Assembly (NCBI GenBank): GCA_051294375.1
Contig: CM119265.1
Location: 23,962,669 to 24,026,668, forward strand
DNA length: 64,000 nt
Source of the DNA: Paraspadella gotoi
Taxonomy: Eukaryota > Animalia > Chaetognatha
Reading direction: 5' to 3'
The translations under genes and the position numbers were made by a program. The stretch's first letter is position 1; each line of letters starts with the position of its first letter. The notes under the pieces are model-generated. The model did no database searches. It was not told the origin of the DNA and saw only the letters and a program-made list of their open reading frames with translations. This document shows, one piece after another, positions 25,337 to 38,090 of this stretch.

Positions 25337-28300
25337 ACTTCCGCTGGCGACGTCAAACGAGGGTTCGTTCCAATTCCTTTATTTTGTCGACGAAGATTAA
25401 TTCAACCGCGGGAAAAGGGGAATTTGGGATTAAGGAAAAAGAATAGGGGAAAGGAAAAGGGGAAAAAGGAAAAGGGAAAAAAGGAAAATGGAAAAAGGAA
25501 AATAGAAAAAGAAGAAAAAGAGAAAAGGGAAAAAAGGAAAAGGGGAAAAAAGGAAAAGAGGAAAAGGAAAATGGAAAAAGAGGAAAAAGAGGAAAAAGAG
25601 GAAAGGAAAAGGGAAAAAAGAAAAAGAGAAAATAGGAAAAGGGAAAAAAGGAAAATGGAAAAAGAGGAAAAAGGAAATAAGCAAAAGAGAAAAAAAGGAA
25701 AAATAGATAAGGAAAATGGAAAAAAGGAAAAGGGAAAAAAGGTAAAGGAAAAAAGGAAAATGGAAAAAAGCAAAAGAGAAAAAAGGAAAAGGGAAAAAAG
25801 GAAAATGGAAAAAAGGAAAAGAGAAAAGAGGAAAAGGCAAAAAAGAGGGATTAAAGAGGGGAAAGAGAGAGAGAAAGAATCAGAAAACTAAGAAAAGAAA
25901 ATGTGAGAGAATTAATAAGACAGTGAAATGATTTTAAAAAAACAAAGGAGAGAAAAAGTGTACGTGGAAAAAAAAAGAATGATGATAAAATAAATACAAT
26001 GAAAAAAAAAGAAAAAAGGAAAAACAAACAAGAAAGGAAAACAAACAAAAAAAAAAGAAAGAAAAAAATAGGAATGTGGGAGCAACTAATTCCTCCTTCG
26101 TAGAGACGAGAGATTCTGACGCGCAATTTCCGGGCGTCGAATGGCAACCGTGAGAGTGGCATCAGTCATAATGTTATCCCCGAGATTGCCATCCTTTGCA
26201 GGGATTACCATTCCTTTGGATGTTCGAGATCTATGGAAAACTATCATATGGCATCAGAATGCTATTTTCGATAACATTTTCTAATATTTCTTATTTTTAA
26301 TTTACTATATACGATGTCCGTGAATAGTGGCTAATTTGAACGTATGTTTGTTAGTAGAAATCTACATCAAAAAATAAAGTTTTAAACCTTTGATTATAAA
26401 CAGTTCAAGCGCTCCTCTTCTCCTTTTCTAATACAAAGTCAATTATTTTTCACGAACGTAAAGAAAAAAAAAGGGGAATTGCTCTCTTTTCCACCGCGGG
26501 GACTAAAGGTTATCCAACGTTCGTAACGACGACGACGACGACGACNNNNNNNNNNNNNNNNNNNNNNNNNNNNNNNNNNNNNNNNNNNNNNNNNNNNNNN
26601 NNNNNNNNNNNNNNNNNNNNNNNNNNNNNNNNNNNNNNNNNNNNNNNNNNNNNNNNNNNNNNNNNNNNNNNNNNNNNNNNNNNNNNNNNNNNNNNNNNNN
26701 NNNNNNNNNNNNNNNNNNNNNNNNNNNNNNNNNNNNNNNNNNNNNNNNNNNNNNNNNNNNNNNNNNNNNNNNNNNNNNNNNNNNNNNNNNNNNNNNNNNN
26801 NNNNNNNNNNNNNNNNNNNNNNNNNNNNNNNNNNNNNNNNNNNNNNNNNNNNNNNNNNNNNNNNNNNNNNNNNNNNNNNNNNNNNNNNNNNNNNNNNNNN
26901 NNNNNNNNNNNNNNNNNNNNNNNNNNNNNNNNNNNNNNNNNNNNNNNNNNNNNNNNNNNNNNNNNNNNNNNNNNNNNNNNNNNNNNNNNNNNNNNNNNNN
27001 NNNNNNNNNNNNNNNNTCAAATAATTTTTTTGTTCTTGAGTGCTCCACTCTACTGTGTATTGACACGCACTGCATCGGAAATCCGTCTTTTGTTTTTTAT
27101 AGTTTTAGGATTTCCTAAAGGCGGNNNNNNNNNNNNNNNNNNNNNNNNNNNNNNNNNNNNNNNNNNNNNNNNNNNNNNNNNNNNNNNNNNNNNNNNNNNN
27201 NNNNNNNNNNNNNNNNNNNNNNNNNNNNNNNNNNNNNNNNNNNNNNNNNNNNNNNNNNNNNNNNNNNNNNNNNNNNNNNNNNNNNNNNNNNNNNNNNNNN
27301 NNNNNNNNNNNNNNNNNNNNNNNNNNNNNNNNNNNNNNNNNNNNNNNNNNNNNNNNNNNNNNNNNNNNNNNNNNNNNNNNNNNNNNNNNNNNNNNNNNNN
27401 NNNNNNNNNNNNNNNNNNNNNNNNNNNNNNACCGACCGACCGACCGAGAGTTGCTCCTCGAGAACTCGGAGAGCAACAAAAAAGAAGAATAAAGAAGAAA
27501 AGGAAATAGAGGGGAAAAAAAGACGAGCAAATATTTAAAATATTAATTAAAACTCCCCCCAAAAAAAAGGCTAGAAAAAAAACGGATAATATACGAAATA
27601 TAGAAAATAAGAATAAAAAAATATACGTTGTGGTGTGCAGAAAATTTTTTGTTATGAGGACGGAAGAAAAAGGTGAGAAAAATACCCAAGAAAAATCCTC
27701 ACAAAAAATCACAAAGAGGAAAAGGATAGAATGAAAAAAAATGATCAAGAGTGATTTGTGGAAGGAGTGAAAGAAGAAAGGAAATGGTTAGATCTGCCAT
27801 AATTCAACGGTTTAACTCTTTCTATTAAAAAAAATGGGAAATCCTTCTTTGCAGACCTTTTTTTTCTCTGTTTTATGTCGAACCGGAAAAGCGACGAACG
27901 TTTTTTTTTGTGTATTAAAGAAAGTCTAACACGGAGGTAAGGACTCAAATACATACGTTTATTCCTTGGTTCAATGAGTATGAGATATATGTATATAATA
28001 TGAGTAATATGTCCGATTTTCTTGACTGAGATAATTTGAAAGAATGTATCAAAATATCACTGTTTAAACCAGTAAAATATAAAACAAAATAAAACAAGTA
28101 AAAGATCAGATATTTGTGTCATAAACAAAAAGGTTTGTGATGATTTTGAAGAGTAAAAGCTTTTCTCGTACGACAAGGAAACTCACGCACACCTTGTTTC
28201 AAAAGAATTTCCATCTTTGAAGACAAAAACAAACATACGCTTGAATGCTCACTTTGTTAAATAAGATCTTTTTTTATATGTAGAGACTTGTTAATACGAC

Positions 28301-29483
28301 TCTAAGCGCGCGTGTCAAACAAACGATTCCCCAAAGCCAAACAGAGATATAAAAGAAAATAGAAATGGAGAAGCCTTTCCTTTCAGCGCAAACATTGAGA
28401 ACAGGGAACGTGGCGCTTCGCTGCGACGCGTTTCGAGAAAAAAAATATCTTTGTCGCGCGCTTGAGATAATACGCAATACTAGATGCATAAATCAATACT
28501 GCTGATACCAAGTNNNNNNNNNNNNNNNNNNNNNNNNNNNNNNNNNNNNNNNNNNNNNNNNNNNNNNNNNNNNNNNNNNNNNNNNNNNNNNNNNNNNNNN
28601 NNNNNNNNNNNNNNNNNNNNNNNNNNNNNNNNNNNNNNNNNNNNNNNNNNNNNNNNNNNNNNNNNNNNNNNNNNNNNNNNNNNNNNNNNNNNNNNNNNNN
28701 NNNNNNNNNNNNNNNNNNNNNNNNNNNNNNNNNNNNNNNNNNNNNNNNNNNNNNNNNNNNNNNNNNNNNNNNNNNNNNNNNNNNNNNNNNNNNNNNNNNN
28801 NNNNNNNNNNNNNNNNCAATACTTCAAAAACAACAACAACAGGAACAGAAACTACAACAACGACGACTATGATCCTCTCTTTTATTATTTCGTCTCTCTC
28901 TTCATAATTTCCCAACATCACTAANNNNNNNNNNNNNNNNNNNNNNNNNNNNNNNNNNNNNNNNNNNNNNNNNNNNNNNNNNNNNNNNNNNNNNNNNNNN
29001 NNNNNNNNNNNNNNNNNNNNNNNNNNNNNNNNNNNNNNNNNNNNNNNNNNNNNNNNNNNNNNNNNNNNNNNNNNNNNNNNNNNNNNNNNNNNNNNNNNNN
29101 NNNNNNNNNNNNNNNNNNNNNNNNNNNNNNNNNNNNNNNNNNNNNNNNNNNNNNACGTAATAAGAAAATGTACAAATTGGATTTATCTTTGCGTCTTCCC
29201 CTTTTTAGTTGCGCCGCGAGTGCTCGCCGAGCGACTCTATTAGTCGGTCAGTTGGTCGGTATGTCTGTCTGTCTGTCAGTCGGTCTGTCCCACAAGAAAG
29301 AGAGTAAACTACAACAACGAACAACTATAATCCTCTCTATTTATTATTATCGTTCTCTCTCTTCATAATTTCCCAACATCACTAACTACAGATTCCTCCT
29401 CTCTTCTTTCTCCCGCGGCTTTTACTCCAACGTAAAATAAGAAAATGTACAAAATTGGATTTAATCTTTGCGTCTTATCCCCT

Positions 29484-29695
29484 TTTTTAGTTGCGACGCG
29501 AGTGCTCGCCAGAGCGACTCCATTAGTCGTTTCAGAGTTGGTCGATCGGTATGCTGTCTGTCTGTCAGTCGGTCTGTCCCACTATCCGTTAACTCACCTA
29601 TAGTTGGTGCTCATTTTGTGAAACACAGGAAAAAATATCAAAATCCTAAGCGATTGCTAGCGCCGTCTTCAAGGAAATCCTAAATGTAAGAATTA
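29484..29695 (+). mobile_element. DINE-1/HINE-like non-autonomous element with terminal hairpin and (GTCY)n microsatellite; also 29200-29292
   Basis: ttttagttgcgacgcgagtgctcgc..gcgactc hairpin, then GTCT/GTCG repeats and ctagcgccgtcttcaaggaaatcctaaa; reverse-complement copies occur elsewhere in the window. Confidence 0.55.
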
Positions 29696-30019
29696 AAAAC
29701 GAAAATTAAATTTTGCCACGGGCTAAAAGAGTAACATGCGGAGGCGCAACACATTTGGAATGAACCCGATCTTGTTCCTTTTTCCGTCCCTTCTCCGTCC
29801 ACCCGAGAGGAGTTTTAACCTTTCGGGAAAAAAAAAAAACGGATACTACCCAACGAAAAATAAAGTAATAAAAAACTTGATTCAAATAACCCAAGTTTCG
29901 TGTTCTCGATCTTTTACCGCTAATTTTACTTCAGTTTAAATTTTTTTATTTTCAAACTAATGGGATCATGAGCTACATATAGGCCAGGACCAGCGTGGTC
30001 GCCCATTGTGCAAACTGCG

Positions 30020-31002
30020 TAAGTCACATTTTCGCAAAGCTAAATTGACTCAATGCCACTTTATCCCTGAAATGTTGACCGATTCCAATTCGCATTTTTT
30101 CTTCGTTATCATTGCCATTCGCTCTTTGCTCAACATCAGTGGCAGTAGCCTGCCTCTTTGCCAATCCCTCTTTACGCGCCACCACCTGCAATTTTTTCTT
30201 CCATTACTTCTCAAGTCTTAACTGTATTTCACGATATGAAAGGACGACGTTTTAGCTTTTGCTTCCCGAGCTTGTTGTTTGTTGTACGTTGTTGTCGTTG
30301 TTGTTTACGATAGTTGTTTTTTGCCTTTGGCTTTAATTTCTGGGACGTCGCTGGTTGTTTTTGGCTAATGAATCGCCGTTGTTGTTGTGGTGTTGCCTGT
30401 TGTTGTTGTTGTTGGAACGATAATCGATCAACATCAATTTAGTTCCGCTTACCGCTCACATTAAACCGATAGTAAATCATTATAATATATTATAAATTAT
30501 ATATATCTCCGCTTTCTCTCTCTCGTCTACTCTCTCGTCTCATCTCTCTCTCTCTCTCTCATCTCTCTCTCCTCATCATCTCATCTCTCTCTCTCTGCAC
30601 TTATCTCTCTCCACCTCCTCCACATTGTCATCCCCCCTCTCCCTATCTTCCGCCAGAGGCGAAGACCGTCGATCCAGACGCCTTTTGTTTGGATTTTCAT
30701 TTCCCGCCAAATTCAAACAATCGACCATCTCCGCGAAAATTTCCAAAGGGGGATTCGACGATAAAGCTGTCTGCTGCTGTGGTCGTTGTTGTTGTGTCGG
30801 TCGTCGTTTAGTTATTATTTCCATTGTTCTCCAATCCTTACTGGTTTAGAAAAGTTGTTGTTGTCGATGTTTTTCGCGAGGCCATACTTAGGATGGGCCA
30901 GCCATGCCCAGATGGAGGAAAAATTGAAACGAAGAAAGAGAGAGAGAGGAAGAAGAAAGAGAGAGAGGGAGAGAGAGNNNNNNNNNNNNNNNNNNNNNNN
31001 NN

Positions 31003-31033
<31 letters not shown>

Positions 31034-31790
31034 ACCCCGTTCCTGCTTTTTAGTTTGATTGGCCTCGATATAATGACGACGCCATATGCATAGGCAGAGA
31101 TTTTATTCGTAATAAACTGGAGAGCAGAAACGGCGACGACGATGACGACGAAGAAAACGACGATGACGACGACGGAAAATAAATCACTGGATTTAATTAA
31201 GGTTAAGGGGGGAAAACATAAAAGTCGATAGGAACCTGGGAAAAAACCTAATCGATGTTGTCGTCGTCATTATCGACGTCGTCGTCGTCGTCGTCATCGT
31301 CGTTGTCGTCGTCATCGTCGTTGTCAATATCGTCTTTACTTTCTCTTTCTTACTTGTTGGTTTCTCATCTTCGATCTCATTCAAAGCGAATACATTTTGA
31401 ATGATGCTTCTTTGCAACTTTAAAATCCTTTGAAAACTTCTGCGACTTCAACTTTTTTCTTTTTCCTTTTATTCACCCCTATTTTCCTGTTTCCTTCCTT
31501 CTTTTTCATTTTCTCATTGCCTCATCTATCCTTATCCCTTTCTATTGTTCTTTTTCATTTTCCTTTCTCTTATCTTTTTTCTTAACCTTTTATCTGTTTA
31601 CTTTTTCTTTCCTTTTCTAATTTTCCACCCTTCCCTTAACCCTGTCAGAGCGTATAAACGTATTTTCGGTGTTCCATTCTCTGTTATTTTCTTATGTTGT
31701 GGGAATAAGCTGTCGCAAACCATTGTACTCGAGACCGCTTTGTCATCCTCGTCGTTGCGTCTTCGACTCTTCGTCAGAGCATTTCATTTA
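30020..31790 (-). CDS. Possible unidentified multi-exon gene (segments ~31790-31643, 31420-31235, 30920-30650, 30185-30020)
   Basis: Coding-like islands between low-complexity tracts, e.g. SRRRNDEDDKAVSSTMVCDSLFPQHKKITENGTPKIRLYALT, QRSIIQNVFALNEIEDEKP and FIVESPFGNFRGDGRLFEFGG; ttgcag acceptor at 30186. No family recognised. Confidence 0.3.
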
Positions 31791-32414
31791 ATTTTTTTAA
31801 AACATTTCATAATAAATTTTATTTTGATAGGACATTGATAAAATACCCACATAAGAATAACATATAATAGAATCGAATGGCTAATTTTGTAACAACCAGC
31901 AGTCCGATGTTACTCGAGAACATAAGTTAGTCATCTATAACATAGTACCATGGGTTCAAATGAAAACTCCATATCAATTTTATTTCTTAAACATTTTAAA
32001 AGAAGAATACGCAATCTTTTGACAGTTTAGTTTTAAACCAACTTATGAAACCTTGAAGCTCTTAGTTTTAGAACAATCAGTACAATCTACCCTTATTAGT
32101 AAAGATATATAAAAATATATTATCTTTGCAATATGCAAATTATATTTTCTGACATTATGTTTTTTCTCGCTCGGCGATTTTGATTTTATCATTACTAAAA
32201 TATTAATTATCAAGTTTATTTAAAATTCTATCCCAGTTCGAACAAATTATGTTTAAGTTCGTCATCAACATGTTTTCGTTCTCTCGTTCGTCGTCGTTGT
32301 CGTCGTCGTCGTTTTCGTCGTCGTCTCGTCTTCTTCTTTCTAGTCTTTCGCTCCTTTGCCGACATCAATTATGAAGGTCTGTCGTCGTTACTGGTTCTTT
32401 CGATTCTGTTCTCT

Positions 32415-32496
<82 letters not shown>

Positions 32497-32717
32497 CTCG
32501 TCATTTACGTAAATGACCCGGAATTTCTTATGTAGGATGCATGAGTGCCTTTGAGCCGAAAATTTATGGCTGCGGGTTTTCTCTTGCATTCTGCTCTTTA
32601 CCGCGCGAAATAATAGGATCGTCGTAAAGAAGAGAGAGAGAGAGAGAGAGAGAGAAGAGAGGAGAGGAGAGAGAGAGAAGAGAAAGATGAGAGATGAGAG
32701 AGAGAGAGCAGAGGACT

Positions 32718-35530
32718 GAGGGGCCAAACTCTTGATATCGTTTTGTCTCCGCGATCCCGGCCAAGACCACAACGGCAATGACTCTGTACACAGAAAAGAG
32801 TCTTTTAAGGTAATGGAAGTCTTTCCATAAAAAGTGGGTCACTCCCTCGGACAAAGGGAACTGATGGAGGCGACGAAAGAAGTAAAGAAAGGGTGGTAAG
32901 AAGAATGAAATAGGGAGGAAAGGGGAGGGAGGAAAAGAAAAGAGGAAAAGAGGAAAGAGGAAAGAAAATGAAATCGAAGAGGAAATAAGGAAAGGTCGGG
33001 AGAAGAGGAAGCGAATTCAAGTTTAAGTGAAAATTTAGGCAAAGAGAAAGTGAGAAAGGAGGCCATATATTTTCCAAAAGCGCCTTATTTCAACTTTTTT
33101 TAAAAAATTAATAATTAAATAAATAAATAATAAGGATATGGGTTAGGGATTAGGGGTAAGGGAAAAGGGTAAGGTTAGAGATTTTATTATGGATTAGTAT
33201 AGATAATAAGGTTAGAGATTCGGGTAATGGATTAAGGATAAGGTTTTAGAATTAGATCAATATATGGTAATATAGTTAATAATTAACGTTTAATATTTTG
33301 GTTGAAATTAAGTTCAAATATTAGGAACTGAAATGAGGCGATTTCAGAAAATAGTGCCAGAAAGGGAATGGAAAAATAGGAGGGAAAAAGAAATGGCGAA
33401 AGGGAGAAGGAAAACAAATGAGCATCGAAGAAAAGAAAAGAGAGAGAAATTGTGGAGTAGGCCTTAGCAAATTTTATAAAGTTTTTTACAGAATTTAGCA
33501 CTATAGTACAAATTAGTCCCCTATATGCTACTAATTTTTTTCTATCTTTGTTTTTTGAAAAATCGATCAATAAGTGCTTGCAACTCTTCAAAATTTGCAA
33601 AAAAACGTTTTTTTTCATTAAAAATGATAGATATCTTAAAAAATATCAGTCGGAATCAAATTTAACCTGCGTCAATTTAAAGAGCGGAAAAAATACTTCA
33701 TTTTACATACTTTATGTGGAGTCAATGAGAAAATATGGAGAAAGAAAGAAAAAAAAAAAGAAAAGAAAAATCTCCTCCGGTTAACTTTCATTTCGATTCG
33801 ATTTAACGGTGGACGCGAGAATAAAAAACTCACACGAGTTAGAACCAAATAAATAATGATTTGCTGAAAAGAAAAAAAAAAAAGGAGAGACGAGATGTTG
33901 GAATAAAAAACTTGGGACGGAAACACAAAAAGGAGGAGGAGGGAGGGAGAGAGAGCAGAGAGAGAGAGAGAGAGAGGAAGGAGCAGAGAGAGGAGAGAGA
34001 GAGAGAGAGCAAACCCCGGGTCAAGACGGACAAGGCGTGACTTTATGGCGGACGCGGCGCCAGGGAATTGAGGAGTGGACAGACGGAGGTGCGGGAGATG
34101 ACCGCGCGCGAGGCGGAGGCGGGCGCGGTGTAGAGAGGAAGGAGGTGTCCAGAGCAGGGGGGGAGGGGGCGGCGAGGATGGAACCGATGGAATCTCGAGA
34201 GATGGAAGTGGAATGCGGAAGTAAGAGGGGAAGATAGGAGAAGAGAGAGGGAAGGGTGAGAGGAGAGAACAACTTGGAGAATAGAGAGGGAAAAAATAGA
34301 AGGGAAATTCGAACGGAATAAGAATAAAGAAGAGAAAGAAAGAGAAAAAAGAATACGAAAGAGCAAAGAGAAAGTAACGCAATGATTCAATTGGAGACCC
34401 GTATGAGATAATGTTTTGTCGCTTTATTTCCGTATGTAATTAAAAAACTTCTTCCAGCCCAGATGTCATAAAATAAAATCCGATGTAATCAAAAAACTTT
34501 TTCTGACCGGGATATATATTAAAATATACCCGTATATAAATGAAAAATCCTTTGTTCGACCCGTATGTCGTAAAAGAGGATGAAAGATGAAAGGACGAAA
34601 GTGGCTCTCGATTTGAGGATTCTCTCTTTATTTTTCTCTTTCGTTTTTCTTCTTTTGACGCCGAATCTTATTTCTTGATTAATATTTTTTTCCTTCGCGG
34701 ATGAAAAAATTTTTGGGAAAAAAAAGAAAAACCCATTATTTCTCTAGAAATATGTAAACTTGTTTTAAGTAAATGAAAATGGTTATCAAACATTAGAAAA
34801 TTTAAAAAAAGAGATTTGACTCGATGAACCTAAAAAAAATATGTAAACTTGTTTTAAGTAAATGAAAATGGTTATCAAACATTAGAAAATTTAAAAAAGA
34901 TATTATTATAAAATTATCAAAACATTAGAAAATTTAAAAAAGAGATTTGACTCGATGAACCTAAAAAAAAATATGTAAACTTGTTTTAAGTAAATGATAA
35001 TGGTTATCAAACATTAGAAAATTTAAAAAAGAGATTGACTCGATGACCTAAAAAAAAAACTATCGATCCGTCCGCGGTACCAATCCAAATCCATCGATCC
35101 GTCCGCCGGTACCAAATCCAAATCCATCGATCCGTCCGCCGGTACAAATCCAAATCATCGATCCATCCGTGGTACCCAAATCCAAATCCATTGGATCCGT
35201 CGCGGTACCAATCCAAATCCATCGATCCGTCGCCAGTACCAAATCCAAATCCATCGATCCGTCCGCGGTACCAAATCCAATCCATCGATCCGTCCGCGGT
35301 ACAAATCCAAATCACATCTATCCGTCCGCGGTACCAAATCCAAAAACAAATTGCAGACAGTTGGTCCTCATGGGCCCGCGCGGCACCTTCTGCCCCGCAC
35401 GGACCCGCTCGCCCCGCACGGCACCCGCTCGCCCCGCACGGCACACTCTTCGTACGGCGCTGCGCCGCGCAGACCCCGCGCCGTCGCAAAAAAAAAAGCG
35501 AAAAGTCGAAAACTCATTTGTCACTTTCCC

Positions 35531-35626
<96 letters not shown>

Positions 35627-37586
35627 GTTCAAGGTTCTATTCCGAATTCTCTTCCGCTCCATTTTTTATCGAAACTCACGAAAGTAGCTCCGGCCCCCAA
35701 GCGTCTTTGCCGTCGCGCTCCTGCCCTGAGTTCTGCTCCACCCGCTCGAGCGAAAACTCCCACAGATTCTTAGTCTGTTTTTAAACTTGTTTCAGTAACT
35801 TTCTTTGTCAATCTTAAATGATAAAATGATAAGAATAAATACAGTTTTGGCATTGGCGGACAAGAGCATCCTACGTAATTGACATCGCATGCATCAATAT
35901 TTAACAATGAAATTGGTACAACCAATATAAAAATTATCCATTTATTTAATAAATAAGCCATCTTGCCCCTGTCTTTGGACAGGCTTTGGTAGTTTAAGGC
36001 CTCCATCACTCCTAGAGCATCTGGCTTCCCTATCAATGAAGTGGGATAACATTTCAAAGTATTTTTCAAAAGCAAGTGACTTGTAACTTTCTTTCTGTAA
36101 ATTGTATTGATTAATAAATTAAGGCAATAAAAGCTAAAATTAATTAGAATAAATATCTTAACTCACCGTCATATTTTTCAAAATAACTACAGTATATTGA
36201 CTAAACATATAAGCAATCTAAGGAATGTTTGCTCCTGCTTCCTCACCTCAACTTCTCTCTCCTTGTAAAAAACTCCATCATCTCCTCTCCTCTACTGGAG
36301 CGAGATAATGATCCCCGGCCGAGAAGGGTCGGAGGTCAAGAAAGTGATTAAAGTCTTGAGTTGATTAAAGCGTCGATTGGTTCTCGTCGATAAACGACGT
36401 CGCACATTGGATTTTAATTTAAAGACAAAAAGGGGAATCCATAGGACGATCGTGATCGCCTGCGTGGCCCTCGGAAGAAAAGGGTAATTTTTAAAGGTGA
36501 TTGTATGGCAACAGCCGGGTTGCATGTTATGCTTTGGGGGCTTCCGACCCTCAGTGACGCATCCAGTCACTGGCGCGGTTACCCTAGGACGGTCTCGCTT
36601 TTCCAACGCCGAAGGAAGTCGTTCGGAGTGTGGATGGAACACTATACCTGGGATAATGTGTTCCGCCTCTGAGCCAATGGATTTGGCTTAACGATGATGG
36701 ACGTGAGGCGGTGTGAATTTACCGCCACAATTTAATAATCAGTGATGCTTGATCAAATATGTCGCGCGGTTTTTTCACCTTCAACTGCGTAAGCCATGAG
36801 GCTTAGCTTCGCTCTCAGTCTTTTTCTTTTGCTCTTAATCTTGAACCTTTCGCTTTGCCCTTAAACCTCGTCCTACGCCCTTCGCCCTTAATCTTAGATC
36901 TTAGTTTCGTTGACGTCTTCGCCTTTTCCCGTTCGTCCTTCGCCTTTCACTTCGCCCTTTCCCGTTCGCCTTTCGTCGTTCGTCCTTCGCCTTTCACTTC
37001 GCCCTTTCCCGTTCGCCTTTGGTCGTTCGGCCTTCGCCTTTCACTTCGCCCTTGGACCTAAAAATGAATTCTGAGGGGGGGAGTGGAATCGAGGATTCCA
37101 GGCGAATCAGGCGGAAAAGTGGAAGCCTGAGGGAAGATGCGATGAACCGAGGGAAGTGGAGCAAAACAGAAAGGGAAGGGGAGCACTACCGGGAAGCCAG
37201 TGGAGCTAAAAAGGGAGCTGAATGAATTCGATTCAGAGCCTTTGAAGAAAGAAGAAATTGAAATAAATTATCAGTAATAGTCAAACCATACATTGTTTGA
37301 AAACAAACTCGTCACACAAACTAACTCACCAACATATACCACTTTTCAAACAACACTCTCTTCCAAAACAACAAAACACAATTTCTCCTCATTTAGACAA
37401 TTTCAAGTCAAACTCTTGGTCACGAAAGAGATGAAACTTTGGTCCACATCATCGCATCCCTCTCCGAATGACCACAACCCATCCACAACCGATGAAAGTC
37501 CAGTGGAGCGAAGAGACCGACGAGGAAGAAGATTCATCGGCCAAGTCCTCCGGGGAACTGGGCTTCCACCTCCGCGGTCTCGGCAG

Positions 37587-37638
<52 letters not shown>

Positions 37639-37653
37639 CTCGTTGAAGACCAT
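32718..37653 (-). CDS. Divergent fukutin/LicD-family-like type II membrane protein; exons ~37653-37330, 36784-36167, 35870-35680, ~34200-34030, 32860-~32718; many indels
   Basis: Colinear resemblance to recalled human fukutin: IFFLVGLFAPL (TM-like); NYPFLPRATQAITIVLW ~ HYICKLATHAIHLVVF; ALINSQDFNHFLDLRPFS ~ VLIPKDPMHFVEEVPHS; EVRKQEQTFLRLL ~ AFRKSAKELLQLA; LVRQC..YS ~ [11 protein letters not shown]; GPELL ~ SLELS; ALDTSFL ~ KLDVFFF; FLWKDF..ETKRYQEFGP ~ LCWTEF..ETLEYIEANYGK. GTGAGT donors at 37329, 36166 and 35679. Confidence 0.55.
34750..35060 (+). repeat. AT-rich ~90-bp tandem repeat, ~3 units
   Basis: tatgtaaacttgttttaagtaaatgaaaatggttatcaaacattagaaaattt recurs at ~34751, 34840 and 34973. 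Confidence 0.85.
35062..35342 (+). repeat. ~32-bp minisatellite ATCCATCGATCCGTCCGCGGTACCAAATCCAA, ~9 units
   Basis: Head-to-tail units with small indels and no spacers. Confidence 0.9.
36915..37052 (+). repeat. Intronic minisatellite built on ttcgcctttcacttcgccctttcccgttcg
   Basis: About three visible ~45-bp units. Confidence 0.75.
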
Positions 37654-38053
37654 TAGACGCTGGAGGCAGAGCGAAAGCGAGAGCGAGCCGCGTCTATTTT
37701 AGGAGGCGAAAAATCGAGGATGGGTGAAGATCCTGGTTTTTCGAGCGAGGGGGGGGGGAGAATGGCGGTCTTGTTGTTGTTGTGGTTTCTCGTTTGGTGA
37801 AATGACGATCATTGCTTGTTGGATCCGTAATATAAATTCTTTAGCCATTGCTTCCGACAACGGGATAATAAAAGTAGTCGGTCGGTCGGTCAGTTTGTCC
37901 GTCTGTCCGTCTGTCTGTTCGTCTCCCTCTCGGATCATTTCTAAGAAAATAAAAACGTCGGCCTCAGCTAAAAGGTCGGGGGAAACCGGAAGCGAACGGT
38001 TCCATCGGGACTCGACCAGACTTGTTTACGAACAGATTCGTCTGTAAACACCT

Positions 38054-38090
<37 letters not shown>

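Noticed and set aside
26439-29175. ORFs spanning N runs (also 51135-53388 and 57151-60856)
   Set aside because: Artefacts of translating assembly gaps.
35062-35342. 32-bp partly palindromic repeats resembling a CRISPR repeat
   Set aside because: Units are head-to-tail with no unique spacers, there are no cas genes, and the context is eukaryotic and intronic.
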